The notes under the pieces were generated by a model. It did not search any database. It worked only from the letters and a program-made list of their open reading frames with translations, and had not been told where the DNA came from. Positions 34,749 through 52,600 of a DNA stretch of 64,000 bases are shown here, piece after piece. A program made the position numbers and the translations under genes. The stretch comes from Piromyces finnis finn (lineage: Eukaryota; Fungi; Neocallimastigomycota): the NCBI GenBank assembly GCA_002104945.1, contig MCFH01000005.1:186001-250000 (forward strand). Reading direction: 5' to 3'. Position 1 is the first letter of the stretch. Every line of letters starts with the position of its first letter.

Positions 34749-36461
34749 ATGATTCTTCAAAAATATATATTTTTATTTTCTATTATTTTTATAAAAAATA
34801 TAATATCTGAAAAAATTATTACAGAAGCGGAAGACGGTAAATTGAATTCCAAATTAAGTATTTTTTCAAACACTAATGGTTATTCTGGTAAAGGTTATGT
34901 TGGAAAATTTGAAAATGATGACGATATTCTATGTGTTACAATGATAGCTCCAAGTAAAGGATTTTATAATATAAGTATATCATATTTAGCCAGTATGGGA
35001 ACTAAGACAAACGAAATTGTAATTAATAATATTGACTCAATTGAATATGAATTTCAAGAAAATAGTCATTTTGAAGAAGAGCATATAGGATCATATTTTT
35101 TAAATCAAGGAGAAAATACAATTGAATTTAGAAAATTATGGGGCTGGATGTTTGTTGATTATTTTGCAATTGAGAAAGTACCGGATGAAATTATGAAACT
35201 AGATTTTTCTAAACTTGATAAAAATTTAACAAATCCCAATGCTACTTCATCAGCAATTAAATTATATAATTTTTTGCTAGGCAATTATGGTAAAAGAATA
35301 ATATCAGGTCAAACAGGAAAAGCAGGAGAATTTGGTAACGAAGACATCAATCAAGAAATTGATCATATTTATAAATTAACGGGTAAAAAACCCGCTTTAT
35401 GGAATACTGATTTTATTTTTAAATCAAAAGATGTTAGAGATAGTTTCTCTACAGATGATTACATATTAAATGGTTTAAGTTGGTGGGAAAAATATAATGG
35501 AAAGGGTATTATGAGCATTCAATGGCATTGGAATGTGAAAGGACTAAATGATGATGTTTATTCTTTTTATGCTAAAAATACAACATTTAATATTGAACAA
35601 GCAGTAATTGAAAATACATGGGAATATAATAAAATAGTAGCAGATATAAATTATATTGCAAGCTTACTAAAAAAACTTCAAGATGTAAATATGCCAGTAA
35701 TATTTCGACCACTTCATGAAAATGATGGTGATTGGTTCTGGTGGGGTGGTTTAAAACATTCCAAAGCTTGTGCAAAGCTATGGAAATTACTATATAAAAA
35801 ATTGGTTAATGAGCATAAAATAAATAATCTTATATGGCTATGGAATGGTAAAATAGATAAAAATACACCAAAAGAATATATAGATTTAGTTGGAGTTGAT
35901 ATTTATTCAAATGTTCATGGAATATTTAGAAATCAATATTTAAAATATTTTGAATTCTTTGATTTCAAAAAAATGATTGTATTATCAGAAAATGGAAAAA
36001 TTCCAAACATTGATAAATGCGTAGAGCAAGATGTCTGGTGGGGTTATTTCATGACATGGAATCTTGAGTATATATTAACAGAAGAATATAACGAAAATGA
36101 TTTTATTAAAAATGTTTATAATAATAAGTATGTAATAACAATGGATGATTTACCATCCTTTAATGTTATGAATACAAATTCAAATAGTAATAATAATATT
36201 CAAGACAGTAACAATAATAATAATAATGAGGGTAAATATATTAATAATATTATAATTATTATTTTCCTTTTTTCAACAATGAAGTTTAATTAAAAAATAT
36301 AATATTTATTATTTATATGTTTATATAAATTATTAGATAATAAAAATAAAACAACTATAGAGTTTAACTCTGATGAAATTAATAGCTTCGTAATAAAGAA
36401 TCCAAACATATTCTCAATTATATTATCTCTAATCTTAACTACTAAATACTTTTTAATTTAG
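34749..36461 (+). CDS. Endo-beta-1,4-mannanase: signal peptide + CBM35-like + GH26 + probable GPI-signal exon
   Basis: Signal peptide; EAEDG...GYSGKGYV...LNQGENTI...WGWMFVDY (CBM35/CBM6-like); GH26 motifs WHWN, FRPLHENDGDWFWWG (acid/base) and VLSENG (nucleophile). Uninterrupted ORF to 36293, or a predicted intron 36232-36360 giving the last exon EFNSDEINSFVIKNPNIFSIILSLILTTKYFLI*. Confidence 0.9.
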
Positions 36462-36884
36462 CATAAAAATTAAAAAAAAAAATATTGTAACTATAATGCT
36501 TGAAATGCTTTCTTAAAACTTTTATTTTTATTATTATTTTATTTGAAAATGTTAAAAATAGCTTTATTTGTATATCAAAAATATAATATAAATGAGTAAT
36601 AAGAGTTTAATGAGTTTTTTATATTAAAATATCAAAAAAATCTAATATTAAAAAGTAATAAATTAAGTATTAAAATAGTAATAAAGCCTATTTTGTAATT
36701 TATAAATATTTTTTTATTGTATATAATCAAAATTACCTTTATTATATATATTTTATACTATATTAGTTAACTTTATTAACTATAAAATTATAATAATTTA
36801 AAAAAAAAGAAAAAGAAAAAGAAAATAAAAAAAATACAAAAAAAAATTTAATAAAATATATTATATTTAAATATTAAATTAATT

Positions 36885-39800
36885 ATGAAAAAAAAGGAAT
36901 CAAGAAGCTATTTTAATGGTTTAGAAATTGAAAAACCATTTAATTGTAAAAAAAAATATAAAATTTCAACCTTAGAAAATGGATTGGAAGTTTTATTAAT
37001 ATCAGATAATGTAATATTTGACTGAAGATACCTTTTTTAACATATCTTAAAATTACGTTTTTTGTAACATTTATTTATATTCTCAAATTATATAGGAAAC
37101 AACTCAATCATCAGCAGCATTAAACATTTGTATAGGATCTGCATATGATCCAGAAAATATACCCGGATTGGCGCATTTCTGTGAACATTTACTTTTTATG
37201 GGAACAACAAAGGTTGAGATAAAGTTATATTTATAATAATATCATTATTAGAATATAAGTTATATAGAAATATCGTTAAATAATAAATCATTATACATAA
37301 ATAAATATTATAGTATCCTGAGGAAAACGAATATAATCAAGTAAGTGAAATATATATAAAGGAAATTTTTATAATAATTATCATATATTAATAATATAAA
37401 AAGTTTTTATCTCAAAATGGAGGATATTCAAATGCTTATACCACATTTAAAGAAACAAATTTTTTTTTTGAAATTAATAATGATTCATTGGAAGCATGTC
37501 TTGACAGATTTAGTCAATTCTTTATTTCACCATTGTTTGACGAAAGTTGTACAGAAAAAGAAATACTATCAGTTAATTCTGGTAAGTAAGTTTTGAGATT
37601 CTATTTAACTATTTTAATTTAATGTTAAAATATTAATTTATAAAAATAAAATACTTATATTAAAGAACATATGAATAATATTCAAACGGATTCTTGGAGA
37701 ATAACACAAATTGAAAAAAATTGTTCTAATCCAAATCATCCATATCATAAATTTTATACAGGTGGGAAAAATTATGACATCATATAATATTAATATTATA
37801 ATTAAAGAATAATTATAGTTATATAAAAGTTTATTATTAATAAATTAAAGGAAATTTTGAAACACTTAATATACCTGAAATAAGAAATAGCGTAATTAAA
37901 TTTTATAATAAATACTATTCATCAAATATAATGAAATTGGTAATTCTTGGAAATGGTTAATATATTTAAGTATATATATATATGTTATATGTATATATTA
38001 AAATAATAATACTCCTCTACCTTTAATATATATATAGAATCAATTGAAACATTATATAAATGGGCAAAAATATACTTTTCAAAAATTAAAAATAAAAATA
38101 TTAAGTTAGAAAATTTTATTGAACCACCTTTAACAAAAAATTATTTAATGGTATAAATAATATGTACATATTATAAAATCAAGGTTTTATATTCAATAAT
38201 TTTATATTTTATCGATAATAATATTAAAAGAAAGAAATATATATTAAACCAATCATGGATATATCATTGTTAATACTAATATTTCCAATTCCCAATACTG
38301 ACGAATATTACAAAGAAAAGGTATTATTATTTATAAAAAAAAAGTTGTTAGTAAATCAAAATAATAATATAATATTTTAATTTAATTATAGCCTTATCAT
38401 TACTTTACTCATCTAATCGGACATGAAGGAAAAGGTTCTATCATATCATTATTGAAATCTAAGGGTAGAATATTAGCATAATTATAACAAATAATTAAAT
38501 AATAATTCATTTATTAAATTTTAATACATTATTATAAAAAATTATATAGATTTAGCATATTCACTTGAAGTTGGTATAACAAATATTATAAATGAATATG
38601 ATAATTTCAAAATAGAAATTTCATTAACAGAAAAAGGATTATGTAATTAAATAAATATATTTAAAACTTTATAATATAGTATGAAAGTTAACTGTGTCAA
38701 TTATATATTTCTAAATTGCTAATTAATTATTTAGCAAATTACGAAGAGATTATAGAAATTGTTTTTCAATATTTTGAAATGTTAAAAAAAGAAGGAGTAC
38801 AAGAATGGATATATGATGAAGTAAAAAATAAAATACTATATATAATATAATAAAAATATATATTTTATTTAAACTATTATTATTATATTAAATTAATTAT
38901 TGTATTAGTTGGAAATAATGTCAAAATGTTCATTCTTATATGAAGATAAAGATCATAATGATTGTTTGGTAGCCTCATTATCATCAATAATGCAAATGAA
39001 TTATCCTAGACATCAGATTTTATCAGGACCATATATTATTAGGAATTTTAATGCTAAACTTATTGAGGATCTATTAAGTTATTTTTCATGTGAAAATTTT
39101 AGGTATTTATTAATAAATATTTATTCAAACTTACTTTTTTAAACAGATATATTATATATAAATATTGACATTTATATATGGAAAAATTTAAACCTTAAAG
39201 ATATATAGTTGTTAATCAGGATTTGGAATTAGACGAAACACTAATTGATAAATGGTATGGGACTGAATATAGTATTAAAAATATCCCATCAGATATTTTT
39301 AATAATTTTAAAGATATTAAAATAAATAATAAATTACATTTACCTGAGAAAAATAAATTTATTCCAGAAATAATTAATATTAAATATGAAATACCAAATA
39401 AAAATGTTGGTTCTTTATATCTATTAATAATTTATTTTCAATAACTATAAATTACTTATTGATATTATAAAATTAATAAATTATAGAGTAATATGGAACC
39501 TGAATTAATTATAAATAATGAGATCATTCGAATATTTTATAAAAAAGATGATCAATATAATAATCCAAAAACAAATATAACAATTTCATTTATTAGGTAT
39601 AATTTCAAAAATTTATAGTAATTAAATAAATTTTAATATAATAAATTAATAGGTATAAATATTTATGTAAATTAGTCCACAAATTGATATATCACCACTA
39701 AATCACTTAATGACAATGTAATAAAAATTAAAATTGATAATACTATAAAGATAATCAACTTAGTCTTTATATATAATCTTAAAATAACTAATATTTATTA

Positions 39801-42800
39801 AATTATTATAAACTAAAAAAAATAAAAAAAGAATATATGTTGGATTACTTGAAGAATCTATTAATGAAATGTCATATTACGCAAGCTTAGCAGGAATTTA
39901 TTATAATTTAACAAATGGTTTAACCTTATCAATATGTGGATATAATAATCATTTATTATATTATTTAGAAAAATTTTTTACAGCTATGATTTCATTAAAA
40001 TTTACTGATAAAGAATTTTATGATTTGAAAAATCAAGTAAATATATTAATGATAATTACTATTATAAAAGAAAAGTGAAATATTAATTTTTTTTTACTCA
40101 ATAAATTAACTTTCAACATCATTATATCAATAAATTAATAATAACAGTTAAAAGTTTCTTATCAAAATGCAAAATATTCAAGTTCAACGCAACATGCGCA
40201 CTCCTATTTATCATATCTTCTTTCAGATAATACATATCTCACAGAAGATTTATTAAAAGAAATTGATGGTATAGTGGAATTATTTAATATCAAATCATTT
40301 TAAAAAATATTATAACCAATATTATTAATATCCATAAAATAATAGATATTTTACCAATTCATATAATGAATTTTTATCCACAAATATTTTCACATTTGTT
40401 TATTGAAGGATTCATTCATGGAAGTCTATCAAAATCAGTAAAAATAATATTTATAAACTTTTATTTATATATCTATATTAAAAAATCTAAGAATAATAAT
40501 AATTATTATCTTTCAAAATAATAATTGAATTAAATAAAAGGAATCAAAAATAATAATTAACTCAATTGAAAAAATTTTCAATCCAAAGGCTTTATCTTTA
40601 TCAAAAAGATTACAAAATAGATGCATTAAACTTCCAGAAGGTTTTTATTTTTTATTCAAAATATTTATATTTATTATTTATTTTGTAATTAATATTTAAA
40701 TTTATTATAAAATATATAATGAAAGGTAAAAATTATATCTTAAACAAGCTCCATTGTGATAATGACAATCCAAATTCTGCTGTTCAATATTATATCGAAG
40801 TAAATATATAATAATAAATATTATATATATAAATACTGTTATATGTTTAAATATAAATTATTAAAATTAATATATATATATATATATATTATTAAAAGAT
40901 ATCAGAAAGAACAACACTTGATAAAAGAGCTATGATTTCTTTAATTGTCAATCTTTTAGATGAACCATGTTTTAATTATTTAAGAACTCAAGAGCAATTA
41001 GGTAATCTTCATAAAAACTAAATAAAATATTTTATTATTATACTAATATTTTTAATACTAATTAAAAAAATGAAAATATATACAGGATATATTGTAACAA
41101 GTGGAAGATGGAATATGTCTGTTACTTCTGGTATATATATACTTGTTCAGAGTGAAAGAAACTGTTTTGAAATTGAAAGTTATATTGAAAAATTCTTGTA
41201 CGAATTTAGAGTATGAACTTTAATAAATTTCTACATAGAAAATAAAATAAAATATTTAATAATATCAATCATAAACAAAGTTAATATATATATATTTAAT
41301 ATATTCAATAAATATTTATATTAATGTAAAAACAGGATTTAATTGTTAATATGGATGAAAAAGAATTTTATAATAATATTAAACTAACTATAGAAATGTT
41401 TCAGGAAAAACATAAGACATTAGAAGATGAACATTCATGGATATGGAATTTAATTTCATCTGGTTTTTATGAATTCAATATTCGTATATATTGTTTCTAT
41501 TCATATTATTTTCATTAATAAATTATTTGAATTATTTGATTTTATTTAAATAATATATCTAAAAATAATTTTTATTTCAATAATAATATATAGGCGAAAA
41601 GTATATTGAATATTTAAAAAAAATTGAAAAGGAAGATCTATTAAAATTTTATGACTACTATATATTACCATGTTATAGGTCAAATGGTGTTGGTATAATT
41701 AATAAAAGAAAGAAATTATCGATTCATATTTGTTCCCAAAAACAATTACTTATGAATGAAAATATATTAATAAATATTATATCCAAGATTGATTCTTATA
41801 TCAATAAAGAACAAAATAACCCAAAAGAAAAAGAAGATAAAAGCTTATTTAGTAATAATGAAATGGAATTAGAATTTTTAAATGTTGATAAAAGTCCTAT
41901 TGATACTGACATCGATCAACTTAATTCTTCTAAAAGTGATGATACTGATTTATTAAGTAATGATAAAAGTTCAATTAATGGAGATAATGACTTTTTAAGT
42001 TTCTCTGATAAGGAATTATCGCCACTAATAGAAAATTATCATAATTCAATACAGTCTAATGATAAAGAAATTAGTATTTCAAATGTGAATCCAATTAACA
42101 TTTCACAAGGTTTATTAATGACCCCTCCACTTTATAAATGTATGACAATGCCATCATTTTATCATAGTAAAAATTGGTGGAAAAAGAATGATATAAAAAC
42201 TTTAGATACTTTAGATAAAGTAGAAGATAATAATGATAATAATGTTGACACTCACCAAAGTAAATATGAAAATATAAAAATGTTCAAGACTTTTCATGAA
42301 GGGAAAATACCATGTAGAATATATAAAAGAGGTAATAGTATTTGTCTCGGGAATTATAATCAAGATAAAATCAATATGGGCTATAAAACATATATATCAA
42401 AATTAAAATCGTATCTTTTAAAAAATTCTTTACAATTAAATGATTCTATAATGTCTCTTTTTTCAGTAAATAAAAAAGTATATATTAAAAGAAAAAATAG
42501 TATGAAAATTGATAATATTATTTCACCATCTTTTAAAGAATCTTTATCAGAGTTTTACACTCCAAATATTATTCAGGAGAGTATACAACAAAAAGAATTC
42601 TTGAATGACATTAATAATTATAAAACCGAATTTAATTGGACTATCAATAAATATATTAAAAGTTTTTCAGGTTTAAAATTAAATAAAACTCAGAAAGCTC
42701 TTAAAAACCAGGCATATGAATCCATTTCTGAAATGCTGAATGAATTAGAAACATTATCAGATTTTATATCCTTTATTAATAATATTACTATATCTATTAA

Positions 42801-43338
42801 TAATATTAAAAATATGACTAATATTAAAAATGAATTTTTGATAAAAAACTTAGTTTATGAATTAGAACAAATAATGGATATAGCCAAATTACTATTTAAA
42901 CAATATCACCCTGGAAGTAATAGTAATCTAATAAATAATGAAATAACTAAATATTCTTGCCATATTGTAAATGATGATATTCAAAATTTAATTAAAAAAG
43001 TATTAGATGAGTATCAAAATTATACTTCATCAACAATATCAGATATTGATTCTCATTATAATCCAGTAAATAATTTAATCACAAACAAACAAAATAATAG
43101 CAATGATTATGAATCTCTTCAGAAACAATATAATGAAAATAATAATGAAAATTCCATAGATGAAATTACTAAAAAATTTGTTTTTGAAAAGAAACAATTT
43201 GAAATAATGAAATATATTAAAATTCTTAAAGATAATAATATTATAATTGAAAACATGGATAAATTTAAATGTAATCAGGTATTAAGCAGAGCTCCATTAC
43301 CTGTAAATTCTTTTACAAATATTTATTCTTCGGAATAA
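36885..43338 (+). CDS. Insulysin/STE23-like M16 metallopeptidase with large C-terminal insertion (multi-exon)
   Basis: [36 protein letters not shown] (HXXEH), [49 protein letters not shown]; terminal exon ORF 41752-43338. Confidence 0.9.
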
Positions 43339-43626
43339 ATTTTACATAATTTTTAATTCTATAATAAAAATAAAAATTATATATTAAAATAATAAACTTT
43401 AAATTCTTAAATTTAATTAACAAAATTTTGAAAATTTTTATGAAATAATTATTTTTACTAATTTTTTTACTAATATCATGTTATAAATATTTAAAAATAT
43501 TTTATTTAAGCATATATAAAAAATAAATATTATAAAAAAATACTGAAAAAATATTTATACATAAATAATTTGTTGAAGAAAATTATTACTTTCTAATATT
43601 TTAAATATAAAAATAATATAATTAAT

Positions 43627-48009
<4,383 letters not shown>

Positions 48010-48159
48010 ATATACTTTTATTTTGTTATTTCTTAATAAGTAGTAACTCGATGTAATAAAAGAATGTTATTATAATGTAATTATGTATAATAAAGTCGAA
48101 TTTTAATGAGGAATTTTAAACAATTTATGAAAATAAGACGTGTTATAATAATTATTAAA

Positions 48160-48290
48160 AATAAAATAAAATAAAATAAAATAAAATAAAATAAAATAAA
48201 ATAAAATAAAATAAAATAAAATAAAATAAAATAAAATAAAATAAAATAAAATAAAATAAAATAAAATAAAATAAAATAAAATAAAATAAA
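48160..48290 (+). repeat. (TAAAA)n pentanucleotide microsatellite, about 26 units
   Basis: Read directly from the sequence, downstream of the OSCP1-like stop. Confidence 0.95.
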
Positions 48291-49617
48291 AAAGATGGTA
48301 AATAATATAGATTTTTATAATTAAATTATAGTTTTTTTGACAAAATATTCTAATTATGATATTTTAATGTATAATTTAAATGAAAATTCTTTATTTTTTT
48401 CAATAATAGTTTAAATTAAAATTTTCTAATCAACAATAATTTTTTTCCATTTTCATATTTATTTTGTTAATGTATTTTTAAAAGGTTTAATTTATAAATT
48501 AATTGATTTTCATTAATATTTAAATTACTTTAATTAAATATAATATATTAATTAACAGATATTATATATTTAATAAAAATAGTATATTACTTATTTAAAT
48601 TATAGACTATATTCTTATATATATTTAAGTAAAGACTTTTACATTAAATTATATAATGCATAATACAAATAAATGCTTTTATATTTATTATCAACTTTTA
48701 TAAAATAATAATATTTGCATATAGGATAATACTAAATTTTTACGTAATTTTAATATTAATATTAATAAATTGAAATTTTCAATTATTGTAATAGAAAAAT
48801 TAAAAGAATATTAAAATTGATATTATTAATATTTTTAATTGACAATAATATATATAAATATGAAAAAAAGAAGAAAAAAATAATATAATAATTTTTAATA
48901 TACATTAGAAACTTTATTTAATAATGACTTATATATTAAAAAAGGTAAAATATCACATTTTTTCTATTTTGATAATTTAATTTATTGATAGTAAAACAAA
49001 CAAAAAAAAAACATACACAAGAATTTAATTAAAATATTAATTTATAATATATTAATAACAGTTTTGTTGAATGTTATACGACAATATTTTATCTGTGTAA
49101 CAAATATATTCATTTTTATAATTAATAAAATTTTATTGTTAAAAACATTAATTTTTAATATGGGTATAGGAGATTATATAATCAAAATAGGGTTAAGTTA
49201 GTAAATACATTAAATCATATATGAAAAATAATAATTTAATATATGATACAATAATACAATATTAAATATATTGTTCAATTATTCTTTTAATATATTGATA
49301 TTTACTAATTAATTACTGAGCTATATGATTTTTCATATAAAAGAGTCTATTTTTTCTTTTTGTAATAATAAAATATTTTCTTTTTATATTTTTTTATAAT
49401 ATTTTTATAAACTTAAATAGTTATAAAAATATATTAAAACTATATTTTTAATAGATAGTATTTTAAATCACTAGCAAGCCTTGTGAATTAATAATAAAAA
49501 AATTCTTGAAGAATTTTTAAAATAATTATTCAGATATTAATATTGATTTTTAAGAAATTATTAGCATACTTATAGAAAAGTTAAAAAGTTAATTCCAAAA
49601 AAAAAAAATAAACGCCA

Positions 49618-52600
49618 ATGAAGAACACTATTATTGGGACTTTATTATTATTAGCAGCTACAGCTTCAAAAGCAGCTAATCCATATCTTGTTTGCGGTTC
49701 CGAAGATTTCAATTGTAAGCAACAACAAGCAAGTAAATGTCAAGAAGCTGCTAATGCTTGCTGGCAAAAGCCATGGAGTGAAAATATTCAACAAGAGTGC
49801 AATACTTTAAATGGCTACTGTAGCGAAATCTGGTCCTATCAAGGTCCAGCAAATGTTGTTAGTCCAACAACTACTAAGGTTATAACAATAACAACTAACA
49901 ATGCTAAGACTCTCCCAGTCACTTCTGCTGGTAAGACTCTCCCAGTCACTTCTGCTGGTAAGACTCTTCCAGTCACTTCCTCTGGTAAGACTCTCCCAGT
50001 CACTTCCTCTGGTAAGACTCTTCCAGTCACTTCCTCTGGTAAGACTCTCCCAGTCACTTCCTCTGGTAAGACTCTCCCAGTCACTTCCTCTGGTAAGACT
50101 CTCCCAGTCACTTCCTCTGGTAAGACTCTCCCAGTCACTTCCTCTGGTAAGACTCTCCCAGTCACTTCCTCTGGTAAGACTCTCCCAGTCACTTCCTCTG
50201 GTAAGACTCTCCCAGTCACTTCCTCTGGTAAGACTCTTCCAGTTACTTCCTCTGGTAAGACTCTCCCAGTCACTTCTGCTGGTAAGACTCTCCCAGTCAC
50301 TTCTGCTGGTAAGACCCTTCCAGTCACTTCTGCTGGTAAGACCCTTCCAGTCACTTCTGCTGGTAAGACCCTTCCAGTCACTTCTGCTGGTAAGACCCTT
50401 CCAGTCACTTCTGCTGGTAAGACCCTTCCAGTCACTTCTGCTGGTAAGACCCTTCCAGTCACTTCTGCTGGTAAGACCCTTCCAGTCACTTCTGCTGGTA
50501 AGACCCTTCCAGTCACTTCTGCTGGTAAGACCCTCCCAGTCACTTCCTCTGGTAAGACCCTCCCAGTCACTTCCTCTGGTAAGACCCTCCCAGTCACTTC
50601 CTCTGGTAAGACCCTCCCAGTCACTTCCTCTGGTAAGACTCTCCCAGTCACTTCCTCTGGTAAGACTCTCCCAGTCACTTCCTCTGGTAAGACTCTCCCA
50701 GTCACTTCCTCTGGTAAGACTCTCCCAGTCACTTCCTCTGGTAAGACTCTCCCAGTCACTTCTGCTGGTAAGACCCTTCCAGTCACTTCTGCTGGTAAGA
50801 CCCTTCCAGTCACTTCTGCTGGTAAGACCCTTCCAGTCACTTCTGCTGGTAAGACTCTCCCAGTCACTTCCTCTGGTAAGACTCTCCCAGTCACTTCCTC
50901 TGGTAAGACTCTCCCAGTCACTTCCTCTGGTAAGACTCTCCCAGTCACTTCCTCTGGTAAGACTCTCCCAGTCACTTCCTCTGGTAAGACTCTCCCAGTC
51001 ACTTCCTCTGGTAAGACTCTTCCAGTTACTTCCTCTGGTAAGACTCTCCCAGTCACTTCTGCTGGTAAGACCCTTCCAGTCACTTCTGCTGGTAAGACCC
51101 TTCCAGTCACTTCTGCTGGTAAGACCCTTCCAGTCACTTCTGCTGGTAAGACTCTTCCAGTTACTTCCTCTGGTAAGACTCTTCCAGTTACTTCCTCTGG
51201 TAAGACTCTCCCAGTCACTTCCTCTGGTAAGACTCTCCCAGTCACTTCCTCTGGTAAGACTCTCCCAGTCACTTCCTCTGGTAAGACTCTTCCAGTCACT
51301 TCCTCTGGTAAGACTCTTCCAGTCACTTCCTCTGGTAAGACTCTCCCAGTCACTTCCTCTGGTAAGACTCTCCCAGTCACTTCCTCTGGTAAGACTCTTC
51401 CAGTTACTTCCTCTGGTAAGACCCTTCCAGTCACTTCTGCTGGTAAGACCCTTCCAGTCACTTCTGCTGGTAAGACCCTTCCAGTCACTTCTGCTGCTAA
51501 GACCCTTCCAGTCACTTCTGCTGGTAAGACCCTTCCAGTCACTTCTGCTGGTAAGACTCTCCCAGTCACTTCCTCTGGTAAGACCCTTCCAGTCACTTCT
51601 GCTGGTAAGACTCTCCCAGTCACTTCCTCTGGTAAGACTCTCCCAGTCACTTCCTCTGGTAAGACTCTCCCAGTCACTTCTGCTGGTAAGACTCTTCCAG
51701 TCACTTCCTCTGGTAAGACTCTCCCAGTCACTTCCTCTGGTAAGACTCTCCCAGTCACTTCCTCTGGTAAGACTCTCCCAGTCACTTCCTCTGGTAAGAC
51801 TCTCCCAGTCACTTCTGCTGGTAAGACTCTCCCAGTCACTTCTGCTGGTAAGACTCTCCCAGTCACTTCTGCTGGTAAGACTCTCCCAGTCACTTCTGCT
51901 GGTAAGACTCTCCCAGTCACTTCTGCTGGTAAGACTCTCCCAGTCACTTCTGCTGGTAAGACTCTCCCAGTCACTTCTGCTGGTAAGACTCTCCCAGTCA
52001 CTTCTGCTGGTAAGACTCTCCCAGTCACTTCTGCTGGTAAGACTCTCCCAGTCACTTCTGCTGGTAAGACTCTCCCAGTCACTTCTGCTGGTAAGACTCT
52101 CCCAGTCACTTCTGCTGGTAAGACTCTCCCAGTCACTTCTGCTGGTAAGACTCTCCCAGTCACTTCTGCTTCTGCTGGTAAGACTCTCCCAGTCACTTCT
52201 GCTGGTAAGACTCTCCCAGTCACTTCTGCTGGTAAGACTCTCCCAGTCACTTCTGCTGGTAAGACTCTCCCAGTCACTTCTGCTGGTAAGACTCTCCCAG
52301 TCACTTCTGCTGGTAAGACTCTCCCAGTCACTTCTGCTGCTAAGACCCTTCCAGTCACTTCTGCTGCTAAGACCCTTCCAGTCACTTCTGCTGCTAAGAC
52401 CCTTCCAGTCACTTCTGCTGCTAAGACCCTTCCAGTCACTTCCTCTGGTAAGACCCTTCCAGTCACTTCTGCTGCTAAGACAGTTCCAAGTTCAACTAGA
52501 ACTACTCAAGTAAACCCACAACCAACCAATCAAGTAAATGACTACTTAAGTTGTGATTCACAAGATTGGAGTTGTAAGACTAAGAAATCTGATGAATGTT

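Noticed and set aside
49906-52476. CRISPR-like array
   Set aside because: Units are contiguous with no unique spacers, lie in frame within a coding ORF, and the genome is eukaryotic.
49839-52513. 875-aa antisense ORF and 870-aa alternative-frame ORF over the 27-bp array
   Set aside because: The repeat unit simply lacks stops in these frames. Both ORFs begin and end with the array and have no independent domains or signals.
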